Source: Capsulimonadales bacterium | Lineage (GTDB): Bacteria; Armatimonadota; Armatimonadia; Armatimonadales; Armatimonadaceae | Assembly (NCBI GenBank): GCA_033762295.1 | Contig: JANRLW010000040.1 | Location: 1 to 49,855, forward strand | Direction of reading: 5' to 3' | DNA length: 49,855 nucleotides | Shown here: piece after piece, positions 1-9,068 of the stretch | Numbering within the stretch: position 1 is the first letter of the stretch | How the letters are laid out: the number at the start of each line of letters is the position of its first letter | Program-made: the position numbers and the translations under genes | The notes under the pieces: generated by a model | What the model was told of the DNA's origin: nothing | The model's database searches: none | What the model saw: only the letters and a program-made list of their open reading frames with translations

Positions 1-2
1 TC

Positions 3-86
3 ACCGATATCGGCCCGTACCAGAATCGGGATGAACTGTGGGGTATCCCGTTCCGCAACGCCGACGGTTCCTGGGGCCGCCGCTAA
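3..86 (+). CDS. 3' end of a gene entering from the left edge (partial, unknown product)
   Basis: Frame 3 is open from the window start: TDIGPYQNRDELWGIPFRNADGSWGRR, TAA at 84-86, with GC-rich third codon positions. Confidence 0.5.
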   Translation, partial: TDIGPYQNRDELWGIPFRNADGSWGRR

Positions 87-265
87 TCCGTTATTCAAGC
101 CACCCATCGGGCGTCCGAACCGCGTGACGAGCGCTTCGGACGCCCGATTCCCGAATGCCCGGTATCGCATGTCGCCCTTTCTTCTCCGCCGGAAGGTCGT
201 CCGGGGATACACGAAGAAAAGGATCGTCAGCAGGACGGTTCGTCCGGCGGACAAGATCGGTTTCG

Positions 266-1870
266 ATGGCGGACAGAAGGCAACTGGGCGCGTTTTATAC
301 CCCGGATATCGTGGCGGACTTCCTGGCCGATCGGATGGTTCGGCAGGACGACGAACGGATCCTGGAACCGAGTTTCGGCGATGGCGCGTTCCTTCGGGCC
401 ATCCTTCGCAGAAGCGCCGCACGACGTCTGTCCCGGGTCCGCCTCTACGGAATCGAGATCGATGAGAGAACGTATGCCGCCACCCCGGAACGAACCGGAG
501 GGGCGGGGACCGAGCTGGACCTCCGCTGTCAGGATTTCCTGAGCCTTGCCCCCTTCCCGGTCGATGCCGCCCTCGGGAACCCGCCGTACGTCCGTCTGCG
601 AAACCTTCCGACCGAACAGCGGGAGCGGGCGGTCGAGGCGGCGCGCGCGGTCCTGGGGACGCCGATGGACCCGAGCGGCAGCGTCTGGATGCCCTTCGTA
701 CTCCACTGCCTGCGCTTCCTGGCCCGCGGCGGACGGATGGCCTTTGTTCTTCCCTACGAAATGACCTATGTTCGATACGCCCGACCCCTGTGGACGATCC
801 TGGGCGAGCGTTTCGGCCGACTGACGGCGCTACGCGTCCGGGAGCGGATCTTTCCGACGATTCTTCAGGAGGTTCTCCTTCTACTGGCCGACGATTACGG
901 AACGTCCGGCGGTTCGGTCGCCTTTCGCGCTTACGACACGGTCCGGGACCTGCTGGCGGAACGCCCGGTGCGTACCGAGGACATACCGACCGGAAAGATC
1001 GCGGAGGGAAGACGGGTCTTCTCGCAAGCCCTGCTCGCACCCGAGTTGCGCGTATTGCTGAACGGGCGTTTACGGGAGAGGACCGAACCGATCCGCCGTC
1101 AGGTGCGTTTTCATACCGGCTATGTCACCGGCGATAAACGGTTCTTTCACCCGTCCGACGACGACATCCGGCAGTTCGATCTTCCCGAGCGTCATCTGTA
1201 TCCGACGCTGACCGAGACCCGTTCGTTAAAAGGCGCGGGATTATCGACATCCACGTTGTCCGAACGGAAACAGGCGCGGCTGTTTCTGCCCGATCCGACG
1301 GACCTGACGGACGGTGAACGGGATTATGTCTCGCTCGGAGAGGAAAACGGCGTTTCCGAACGCTATAAATGCCGGATTCGCGTTCCCTGGTTCGTCGTGC
1401 CGGGCATCCGGGTTCCGGACATCGTGCTGAGCGTCTTCAGCGAACGTCCGGTTCTGATGACGAACAATGCCCGACTGCTGGCATCGAACAGCCTGCTGTG
1501 CGGGTTTCTCCTCGCGGGTAACGGAAACGAACTGGCGGCCCGATGGTATACCAGTCTGACACTGCTCCAGTGCGAGATCGAGGTCCATGCGCTCGGAGGC
1601 GGTGTCCTGGTCCTGATTCCGGGGGAGACCGGGAATATCCGGGTGCCGGCCAGGATCGAATGCGACCCCGTCCACCTGGAAACGATCGATCGCGCTCTGC
1701 GGGCGGGAGCGATCTCTCTGGCCTACGGGGCCGGGGATCGCGCCGTTCTCGAGCGGCAACTCGGGCTGTCACCGGCGGAAACGGACCTGATACGGGAGGG
1801 TGTCGCCACGCTGACCGCCTGGCGAACGGCGTCCCGTACCGGTCGTCGGGACAGCGAAGCCGAAGTTTAA
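266..1870 (+). CDS. N6-adenine DNA methyltransferase (gamma class, Eco57I/TaqI-like)
   Basis: GAFYTP, motif I EPSFGDGAF and motif IV GNPPY in gamma order. Start moved from 155 to ATG 266 (MADRRQLGAFYTP). Confidence 0.9.
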   Translation: MADRRQLGAFYTPDIVADFLADRMVRQDDERILEPSFGDGAFLRAILRRSAARRLSRVRLYGIEIDERTYAATPERTGGAGTELDLRCQDFLSLAPFPVDAALGNPPYVRLRNLPTEQRERAVEAARAVLGTPMDPSGSVWMPFVLHCLRFLARGGRMAFVLPYEMTYVRYARPLWTILGERFGRLTALRVRERIFPTILQEVLLLLADDYGTSGGSVAFRAYDTVRDLLAERPVRTEDIPTGKIAEGRRVFSQALLAPELRVLLNGRLRERTEPIRRQVRFHTGYVTGDKRFFHPSDDDIRQFDLPERHLYPTLTETRSLKGAGLSTSTLSERKQARLFLPDPTDLTDGERDYVSLGEENGVSERYKCRIRVPWFVVPGIRVPDIVLSVFSERPVLMTNNARLLASNSLLCGFLLAGNGNELAARWYTSLTLLQCEIEVHALGGGVLVLIPGETGNIRVPARIECDPVHLETIDRALRAGAISLAYGAGDRAVLERQLGLSPAETDLIREGVATLTAWRTASRTGRRDSEAEV

Positions 1871-1895
1871 ACCGGCGGCCCCGTTCGCGCCCCCG

Positions 1896-3044
1896 TTACC
1901 GTTTCGCCGGTTCCAGGCGGAACGATTGCGTCATGAACCCGTACCACTGTCCGCCGTGTTTCGCCCAGTCCCCCGTGAACAGCAGGGCGCCGCCCAACCC
2001 GTCCGCGTCGATCCACGGGGTCGGGATATGGGGCAGATAGGCCGCGTGGTTCTTGCCGCCCCAGGGCGCTTCATCGTGGAGTAGCTGCCATGGTCCCCAC
2101 GGCGCCGGGCCTTCGTACAACTGGAACTCCGTCGCGACATCCCAGGTTTTTTTGGCCTCTTCGGCGGTGGCGCGGACCCGATGAGGAACCATGTCGCTGA
2201 AAACCGCCAGCCAGAACGCTTTCCGTGCGGGATTATAGCTCATGGTGCTGTGGCCGCAGTGGCCGGGGTCCTTCAGGATCGGTTCCGCCAGTCGCTCCTC
2301 GGAGACCCACCTGGCCTTCCCGCCGTAAAACTCCCACGCCGTTTTTTCGTGCAGGCGTCCGGGCTGGACCCGCGCCAGATAGATCGCGTCCCCGCTCTCC
2401 CAGTTGGAATCGTTGGAGACGGCATACAGATGCTTTTCGAAGCCGCGCGGCGCTCCCTGGCCGCCGGGGCCGAAGGGAAGGAATTGGAGCGCCGTGAACC
2501 TCGGACCGAGGAGATACGGGTCGCCGTCGCGAAAGAGCCGCCCCCAGGTTTTCCCGCCATCGAGGCTTTCCAGCCAGCCGACGAGGCCGCCGTGCGCGGA
2601 ATAGACATCGAGGTTATCGGGAGGGAGTCCGGGGACGCGCCAGGTGTAGTCGTAGACCGAGATCCATAATCGGTCCTCCCAGGCGACGACCCCGCCGACG
2701 TACCGACTGTAACCGCGCTTCCGCACCTCGGTCGTGTAGTGCTCCCCCGGAACGACACCGTCCTTCAGGCCGAGATTATCCAGGACCGCGATCTCCTCGA
2801 CCCGATGCCGGGGCGGCGTTCCCGTGACTTTCAGGACGTGGCCGAAACACCAGGGACCGTCGAAATTCCGGCCATCCTCATCGACGACGATTATCGAGCC
2901 ATCCCTGCGCCAGGCCCACCAGTGCATGTCCGAACCGGTGCCGGGATACCGCGACGGCTCGCTCGTCCATCGCAGGCGGAGAGCCGGGCGAATCGGGGGG
3001 CAGGGGAGCGTTCGACGTCGGGGCGGTTCGTTCTCCGGTTCCAT
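1896..3044 (-). CDS. DUF4185-like beta-propeller protein
   Basis: Motifs IYLARV, WEFY, MSYNP, EGPAPWGPW, YLPHIP, LFTGD; RBS GAAAGGA upstream of the ATG. Confidence 0.65.
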   Translation of the reverse strand: MEPENEPPRRRTLPCPPIRPALRLRWTSEPSRYPGTGSDMHWWAWRRDGSIIVVDEDGRNFDGPWCFGHVLKVTGTPPRHRVEEIAVLDNLGLKDGVVPGEHYTTEVRKRGYSRYVGGVVAWEDRLWISVYDYTWRVPGLPPDNLDVYSAHGGLVGWLESLDGGKTWGRLFRDGDPYLLGPRFTALQFLPFGPGGQGAPRGFEKHLYAVSNDSNWESGDAIYLARVQPGRLHEKTAWEFYGGKARWVSEERLAEPILKDPGHCGHSTMSYNPARKAFWLAVFSDMVPHRVRATAEEAKKTWDVATEFQLYEGPAPWGPWQLLHDEAPWGGKNHAAYLPHIPTPWIDADGLGGALLFTGDWAKHGGQWYGFMTQSFRLEPAKR

Positions 3045-3060
3045 TAAAGGTCCTTTCCGC

Positions 3061-3108
3061 AGCGATCACCGTAGCGATCACCGTAGCGATCACCGTAGTG
3101 ATCGCCGT
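3061..3108. repeat. 12-bp tandem repeat AGCGATCACCGT x3 plus one degenerate copy
   Basis: Read directly; intergenic between divergent genes. Confidence 0.95.
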
Positions 3109-3260
3109 TTCCTGTGAGATGCCGATCTTTCCGACAAACCGCCGAAGATTTCGTCGCCGGTTTTCCTTCGTTCCTGAATTGCCCGTAAACCCGGTACAAT
3201 GCGGGAATAATGGGGTGGGCGACGACAGGTCGGTCCCAATGTCGATGGATCAGGGGGTAC

Positions 3261-3704
3261 GTGCCGTTCGTGCAGGTAAAAATCGCGCAAACCAACGAGG
3301 AAATCGCGGGGTGCTTCCCCGTCATAACGCAATTGCGGCCGCATCTGGTGGCGGAGGAGTTCGTGGACCGGGTGCGCCGGATGCAGAGGAGCGGGTATCT
3401 GCTGGCGTATTTGATCGCGACGGAACGCGGCAAGGAGCGGGTCAAAGCCGTCGCCGGTTACCGTCTGCTCGATCAACTGTTGCGGGGAAACGTCCTGTAT
3501 GTGGATGACCTGGTGACGGACGAAGCAAGCCGTTCTCAGGGATATGGCGACCATCTGTTCGACTGGCTGCTGGCCGAGGCCCGGCGGCAGAACTGCGGGT
3601 TCCTGGAGTTGGATTCCGGAGTGCATCGCGGAGACGCCCACCGCTTCTATTTCCGAAAACGGATGAAGATCGCCTGCTATCATTTTTTTATTCCGGTGGA
3701 GTAG
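3261..3704 (+). CDS. GNAT family acetyltransferase
   Basis: LYVDDLVTDEASRSQGYG (motif A) and LDSGVHRGDAHRFY. The GTG start at 3261 (or 3270) is inferred. Confidence 0.9.
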   Translation: MPFVQVKIAQTNEEIAGCFPVITQLRPHLVAEEFVDRVRRMQRSGYLLAYLIATERGKERVKAVAGYRLLDQLLRGNVLYVDDLVTDEASRSQGYGDHLFDWLLAEARRQNCGFLELDSGVHRGDAHRFYFRKRMKIACYHFFIPVE

Positions 3705-3744
3705 ACTCGCCGGTTGGTCGAAAGGACGCCCGTAAAGAGGACCT

Positions 3745-4434
3745 ATGTTGAAACTATTGCTGACGCTATCGCTGGTTTTAGGAATCGTTGGCACAGTCCG
3801 CGCCCAGGCGGCGGGCGGTAACGCCGCCGCCGGGCCGATCTTCGAAGCGGATACGAGGGAGGTACCGGAACTGCAGCCGTGGGGTCGGGCGGCGGAGGCG
3901 CTCTGTGTCGTCTGGTACCCCAGAATCGTCGCGATCCTGTATGACGGGAACATGCCTGCCCCCCCGTCGTCCGTCCGGCTGTATTTCAAGAAGGAGATGG
4001 ACGGGGTCGCGTTTGCCGACGGCACGAAGATTCAAATCGCCGCTCCCTGGATTCGGAAAAGCCCGAACGATTTCGGAATGGTCATCCACGAACTGACGCA
4101 TATCGTGCAGGCGTACCCGAACTACGACGCTGGCTGGCTGGTCGAGGGGATCGCGGACTACGTCCGGCTGAAATTCTTCGAACCGCAGCTTCCCGCGCCA
4201 AAGATCGACTTTTCAAAGGCGAAATACACCGATTCCTACAAAACCACGGCGGTTTTTCTCATACGGACCGAGGAGAAATACGATGTGAGCCTGGTACGAA
4301 AGTTGAACGCCGCTTTGAAAGCCGGGAAATACGACGATACGCTGTTCAAAACGCTGACCGGAAAGGACCTGCCCACGCTCTGGGCGGAGTTTGCCGCGGA
4401 ATACGGACGGAAGGACGCACCGGTCGGTCCGTGA
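3745..4434 (+). CDS. Secreted basic secretory protein (BSP) family zinc peptidase
   Basis: Signal peptide (VRA-Q); HELTH followed by WLVEGIADYVR. Confidence 0.85.
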   Translation: MLKLLLTLSLVLGIVGTVRAQAAGGNAAAGPIFEADTREVPELQPWGRAAEALCVVWYPRIVAILYDGNMPAPPSSVRLYFKKEMDGVAFADGTKIQIAAPWIRKSPNDFGMVIHELTHIVQAYPNYDAGWLVEGIADYVRLKFFEPQLPAPKIDFSKAKYTDSYKTTAVFLIRTEEKYDVSLVRKLNAALKAGKYDDTLFKTLTGKDLPTLWAEFAAEYGRKDAPVGP

Positions 4435-4445
4435 TTCCGTCCGGG

Positions 4446-5834
4446 CTACCCGCGAAGATGGAGGACGAGCAACCGTTCCTCGGTGATCTCCTCGATGGCG
4501 TAGCGAACTCCCTCGCGACCGACGCCGGAATCGCGAACGCCGCCGTAGGGCATGTTGTCCACCCGGTACTGAGGAACATCGTTGGCGATAACGCCTCCCA
4601 CCTGCAGCGTTTCGAACGCCTGAAAGACCTTTCGCACGTCGTGCGTGAACACTCCCGCCTGGAGACCGAAACGGCTGTCGTTGACCCGCGCCAGCGCTTC
4701 GGAGTAGTCGGCGTAGGGTTCGATCACGACAATCGGCGCGAAAATCTCCTCCCGGCAGACCGCCAGGTCCGGGTTGACGTTGATCAGGACCGTTGGGGTC
4801 AGGAGGGTGGGCGACAGCCGTTTGCCGCGCAGCAGCACGGTCGCGCCGCCGTAAATGGCATCCCGAACATGTCGCTCGGCGGTATCCGCCGCCGCTTCGT
4901 GGATCATCGGGCCGATATCGGTCCGCTCGTCCGACGGATCGCCGACGACCTTTTCCGATACGGCGGACATAAAGCGATCCGTCCATTGGCTGAAGATATC
5001 CTGGTGCAGAAAGATCCGCTGAACCGAGATACACACCTGACCGGCATTGGCGAAACTGCCGGTCACGCACTGGCGGACGGAGTACTCCGGGTCGGCGTCC
5101 GGCTCGACGATCACCCCGGCGTTTCCGCCCAGTTCGAGCAGGACACGCTTCCGGTTCGCCTTCGCCTTCAACTCCCAGCCGACCCTGTCGGACCCGGTGA
5201 AGGAAAAAACCGGCAAACGTTCGTCGGTCGCCAGCATCTCGCCGATCGCCTGCGGCGTTTCCGGTGTCAGGACGGCGAACGCCTCCCGGGGCCAACCGGC
5301 GGCCCAAACCACCTCGGCCAGAAGCAGAGCGGTGAGCGGGGTCTTTTCGGCCGGTTTCAGAACGACCGGACTGCCGACGGCGAGGGCCGGACCGACCTTG
5401 TGCGCCACCAGATTGAGCGGGAAATTGAACGGGGTGATGGCGGCAACCGGGCCGATCGGGAACCGACGCGTCAGACCGACCCGTCCTTCGGAGGCCGGGT
5501 TCAGGTCGAGCGGGAGAAGATCGCCGCCCTGACGTCGGGACTCGTCCGCGGACAGGGAGAGGACCAGCAGCGCACGACCGACTTCGGCGCGCGCGTCCCG
5601 GATCGTCTTCCCGCTCTCGGCGACGATGGTTTGCGCGAACTCCTCCGCACGGTCCGCGATTCCCTCGTGAACGGCGCGAAGGATACGGTAACGCTCGTGC
5701 GCGGGCAGACGCCGGGTGACCGGAAAGGCGCGGGCGGCGGCGTCGATGGCCGCCTCGGCCTCGCTTTCCGTATGAATGGGAACCGTCCCGACCGGGCGTC
5801 GGTCAAACGGGCTGTAGATCGATCTTTCGGCCAT
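4446..5834 (-). CDS. NAD(P)-dependent aldehyde dehydrogenase
   Basis: ITPFNFP, KPAEKTP, FTGS, LELGGN, AGQVCIS, EEIFAP, GREG. Start moved to ATG 5834 (MAERSIYSPF). Confidence 0.95.
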   Translation of the reverse strand: MAERSIYSPFDRRPVGTVPIHTESEAEAAIDAAARAFPVTRRLPAHERYRILRAVHEGIADRAEEFAQTIVAESGKTIRDARAEVGRALLVLSLSADESRRQGGDLLPLDLNPASEGRVGLTRRFPIGPVAAITPFNFPLNLVAHKVGPALAVGSPVVLKPAEKTPLTALLLAEVVWAAGWPREAFAVLTPETPQAIGEMLATDERLPVFSFTGSDRVGWELKAKANRKRVLLELGGNAGVIVEPDADPEYSVRQCVTGSFANAGQVCISVQRIFLHQDIFSQWTDRFMSAVSEKVVGDPSDERTDIGPMIHEAAADTAERHVRDAIYGGATVLLRGKRLSPTLLTPTVLINVNPDLAVCREEIFAPIVVIEPYADYSEALARVNDSRFGLQAGVFTHDVRKVFQAFETLQVGGVIANDVPQYRVDNMPYGGVRDSGVGREGVRYAIEEITEERLLVLHLRG

Positions 5835-5940
5835 ACTTTCAGTGTACCCCGGCGAACCGAATGCGAAAGAGTCGCATTCACGATAAGTATGGATAAAGGG
5901 AACGCCCCGAGGGGCGGTGAATCGAGGCGAACGGGCGGTC

Positions 5941-6498
5941 ATGAATAGTTTCTGGGACTGGCTGGTTTTGGTGGGTGGGATCGGGCAGATCGCGGGCCTG
6001 ATCGCGGTGGCGGTGGCTCTCCTCAAATTGAAGAACGGGCCGGTACGGGAACTGCTCCGGAAGGTGCGGGGCTTTGTCCGAAAAGGCGAGGAACTGGTGT
6101 CGACGTTCGATCGGACATACCAGCGAAGCCTGCCGCGCCTGGTCGGCATGGGAGACCATCTGACGGCGACGGGAAACAGCGTACGTGAGGCGGGCAACGC
6201 CTTTCAATCGGTGACGGCGGAGGGACGCGCCTTGTTGATCCGGTGGGCGGAACTGCGAACCGTGCTGGAAACGCTGCGAACGGGCGCACGAATGCTGCGT
6301 CGGGCCCGCCCCCGAAACGATTCCGCCGACTCCGGAAAGACGAGCGGGAAACGGGCAAGTCGCGCCTCGATAGCGGATCGAATGGGCCTGGTGCCGCCGA
6401 TTGTCGGGAAACTGAGTCGATTCTCGCCCGCCCTGCGGTACGGTCTCGCCGTCTACCGCGAACTGAAACAGCGCGGGCTGATCAAGGGCGTCCGATAG
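5941..6498 (+). CDS. Hypothetical protein with an N-terminal membrane helix
   Basis: Hydrophobic N-terminus, then a helical basic region; fills the gap between neighbouring genes. Confidence 0.7.
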   Translation: MNSFWDWLVLVGGIGQIAGLIAVAVALLKLKNGPVRELLRKVRGFVRKGEELVSTFDRTYQRSLPRLVGMGDHLTATGNSVREAGNAFQSVTAEGRALLIRWAELRTVLETLRTGARMLRRARPRNDSADSGKTSGKRASRASIADRMGLVPPIVGKLSRFSPALRYGLAVYRELKQRGLIKGVR

Positions 6499-7987
6499 GG
6501 CGAACGTCCGGCGCGATCGGGCGGCGGATCGGGCGCGGCGCGTTCTCCGGAAAGACGCCGCGCTCCTGCACCAGTCGTACGATTTCCGCCGCGGCGAAGG
6601 GGCGTCCGATCTCCCGACTGCGTTCGCTCATGGCGGCCAGTTCGTCCGGATGACGGAGCAGATGCTCGATTTGCTGACGCAGTTCGTCCGGGTCCTCGAT
6701 CAGGAGGCCGGCTTTCCGCTCACGCAGAAGGCTGGCGTTATCCTCCTCCTGGCCGGGAATCATCAGCGGGGCGTAGACGACCAGGGGGCGACCGATCGCC
6801 GTCGTTTCGGAGAACGTCAGTCCGCCGGCCTTGGCGACGAACAGATCGCAGGCCCGCAGATGCCGTGCCATCTCGTCCTGATTGAGCGCGCCTTTGACCG
6901 TGAAGCGGGCACGTCCGACCGGGTATTCGGCCACTCGCGCGGAAAGCCGCTGGTACGCGACCTGATTCCGGCCGCAGATCACGATGACCTCACACGCGAC
7001 CGTCAGTTCCGACAGGGCGTCCAGCACCTCCTCGATCGGACCGCCCCCGATCCCCCCGCTCGAAACCAGAAGGATCGGTCGTTCGTCGCTCAGGCGCAGC
7101 TTCTTGCGCGCCTCCTCTTTCGACTCCTTGACCGTAAAGGCTCGATTGATCGGAATGCCGGTGACATGGATCTTTTCGCGCGGAATTCCGTCGCGATACA
7201 GCAGGGTCCGGCTCGTCGTATCGGTCGGGACGCAGAGCAGGTCGGGCGTCCCGCGCGAGAAAACGATATGCGGGTGGACATCGGTGACGACCGAAACGAT
7301 CAGCGTCCCCTTCAGTTCGTCGCGCATCGTGGCGATCTTCGCCAGCGGCAAAGGATGGGTCGCGATGATGACCTTGGGCCGCATGCCCAGAAGGTACTTA
7401 TCGAGCGGGGAGAGCATGGCTGTCTCCAGCTTGGTGACGACCTCGTAAAAGGAGCCTTTGCGGTCCAGCTGGCGGTACATCGCGCCCCAGAGCCCCGGCC
7501 AGTGCTTGACCATCGCCTCGTAGGACGCCTTGCAGAACGATCCGGTCGGTCCGAAACTGAGTAGCAGGGATTCGACGTTACAGATCGTATAGCCGCGGGC
7601 GGCGAACTCCTCCTCGAGCGCCCGCGCCGCGCTGACGTGGCCGTTGCCGAAGTGGGCGGACAGGATCAGGACGTCCGGATGTTCGTTCTCCGAAAGCCGG
7701 GGACTGCGTCGGACACCCTTCGGCAGAAGGAAGACCTTCGGCAAGACCACGCCGCGCCGAAGCGACCGCTTCGACAGAATACGCATCCGGCGATACCAGT
7801 GCGGCTGCTCCGGAAGGGCGGATTCGGTGCCTGCCGGCGAGACCGCCTCCGTCATTTTATCCAGCAATTCATGAAACTGGTCGCTAAGATGCCGGTTCAG
7901 GAGTCCGGAGGTCCGCAGCAGTTTGTTGCGGGCGTTTCCCTTTGGCGCCGCCGGGCGTCGCCTCAGGAAGGAATACCGTCGAGCCAT
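6482..7987 (-). CDS. UgtP/MGDG-synthase-like diacylglycerol glycosyltransferase (GT28)
   Basis: FGNGHVSAARA, IIATHP, VVTD, TGIPI, ICGRN, KAGGLTFSE, IPGQEEDNA; carries an extra basic N-terminal extension. Confidence 0.88.
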   Translation of the reverse strand: MARRYSFLRRRPAAPKGNARNKLLRTSGLLNRHLSDQFHELLDKMTEAVSPAGTESALPEQPHWYRRMRILSKRSLRRGVVLPKVFLLPKGVRRSPRLSENEHPDVLILSAHFGNGHVSAARALEEEFAARGYTICNVESLLLSFGPTGSFCKASYEAMVKHWPGLWGAMYRQLDRKGSFYEVVTKLETAMLSPLDKYLLGMRPKVIIATHPLPLAKIATMRDELKGTLIVSVVTDVHPHIVFSRGTPDLLCVPTDTTSRTLLYRDGIPREKIHVTGIPINRAFTVKESKEEARKKLRLSDERPILLVSSGGIGGGPIEEVLDALSELTVACEVIVICGRNQVAYQRLSARVAEYPVGRARFTVKGALNQDEMARHLRACDLFVAKAGGLTFSETTAIGRPLVVYAPLMIPGQEEDNASLLRERKAGLLIEDPDELRQQIEHLLRHPDELAAMSERSREIGRPFAAAEIVRLVQERGVFPENAPRPIRRPIAPDVRPIGRP

Positions 7988-8072
7988 CGTCTGGTTCTCC
8001 CCTCGTTTCCGTCCGCTTCCGCGGCCATAGCCGGATGATGCCTGAGGAAGGAGCTTTCTTTTCGGAATAGTA

Positions 8073-8837
8073 TCACAAAAGCCGCCGAACCGTTTTGGGC
8101 TTCGAACGCTGTTTCGGCAACTCCGGCGTCACCTTACGCACGGGCGAAATCGGTCGGGGCGACGTCTCCGTCGACGGGGTTGTCTCGCACTCATCCTCGC
8201 CGGTGGAATCCCGAACGATCAGATCGCGATACCGTTCGGCCAGTTTATGCGCGTGCGTCTCGTACAGATCGTTCATGTGACGGATGAACGGGGCGTCCAG
8301 AAGACACCAGCCGAAGATCGGAGAGATCAGCGTCGCCGGAACGTAACGGTTGAGGTTCCATGTCGGTTGCCAGCGATGAATATTCTCCAGTAGATAACCG
8401 GTGAGGCCCATGGAGAGCGCGTTGATCAGAAGGACGCCGATCAGCGAGTGCAGATGGACCATCGCCAGGTCCGTGATCATGGCCTGCAGTTTGCGGAAAC
8501 CGGTGAGATGGCGGCAATGGTAAAGGTCGCGAGAAAGCCACCCCCAGAGGATTTCCAGGCCCACCAGGCCGATCACATTGGCGATCAGAAGGTTGATCAG
8601 AAGGCCGGCTTCGAAACTCCCCGTTTGCGTTTGGACCAGCGCGCCAACCGTAATTCCGGTAATCGTAGCAGGGATCGCAATGGTGGCGGCCAGAAACAAC
8701 CGCTGATGTAGAACCCGGGCGAGATGCTCCTGGCTCGTGAATCGTTGCGGTTGCCCGAACGTCTCGAAGCTTTGCCTCAGCGTGCGGATATCGTGTATCG
8801 CCCGCTTAAAATGATAGACCGGATTATAAAGTCGCAC
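8073..8837 (-). CDS. Hypothetical multi-pass membrane protein
   Basis: About four hydrophobic segments; GTG start with GGAGA upstream. Confidence 0.7.
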   Translation of the reverse strand: MRLYNPVYHFKRAIHDIRTLRQSFETFGQPQRFTSQEHLARVLHQRLFLAATIAIPATITGITVGALVQTQTGSFEAGLLINLLIANVIGLVGLEILWGWLSRDLYHCRHLTGFRKLQAMITDLAMVHLHSLIGVLLINALSMGLTGYLLENIHRWQPTWNLNRYVPATLISPIFGWCLLDAPFIRHMNDLYETHAHKLAERYRDLIVRDSTGEDECETTPSTETSPRPISPVRKVTPELPKQRSKPKTVRRLL

Positions 8838-9068
8838 GGACGCTAATATCTCTCCTGTTCGCTACGTTGCGTGGCGTTTAAATGAGGATTCGTTGTCCCG
8901 GATGGCTGCCTCCCTAGAGTATACAGCATCGCCCGCATTCCAACCTGCTTTCCTCTATACGCAAAAACAAGACGCTTGGCGTTCCCTGTTGGTTGCGAAC
9001 GAAAAGAAAATGCGCCGCAACGGAAAGATGGTATCCGTTGCGGCGCGGAGTTTCCTGTGTCGAAAGTC

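Noticed and set aside
3061..3108. Short repeat arrays as a possible CRISPR
   Set aside because: Units are 9-23 bp and head-to-tail with no spacers; no cas genes in the window.
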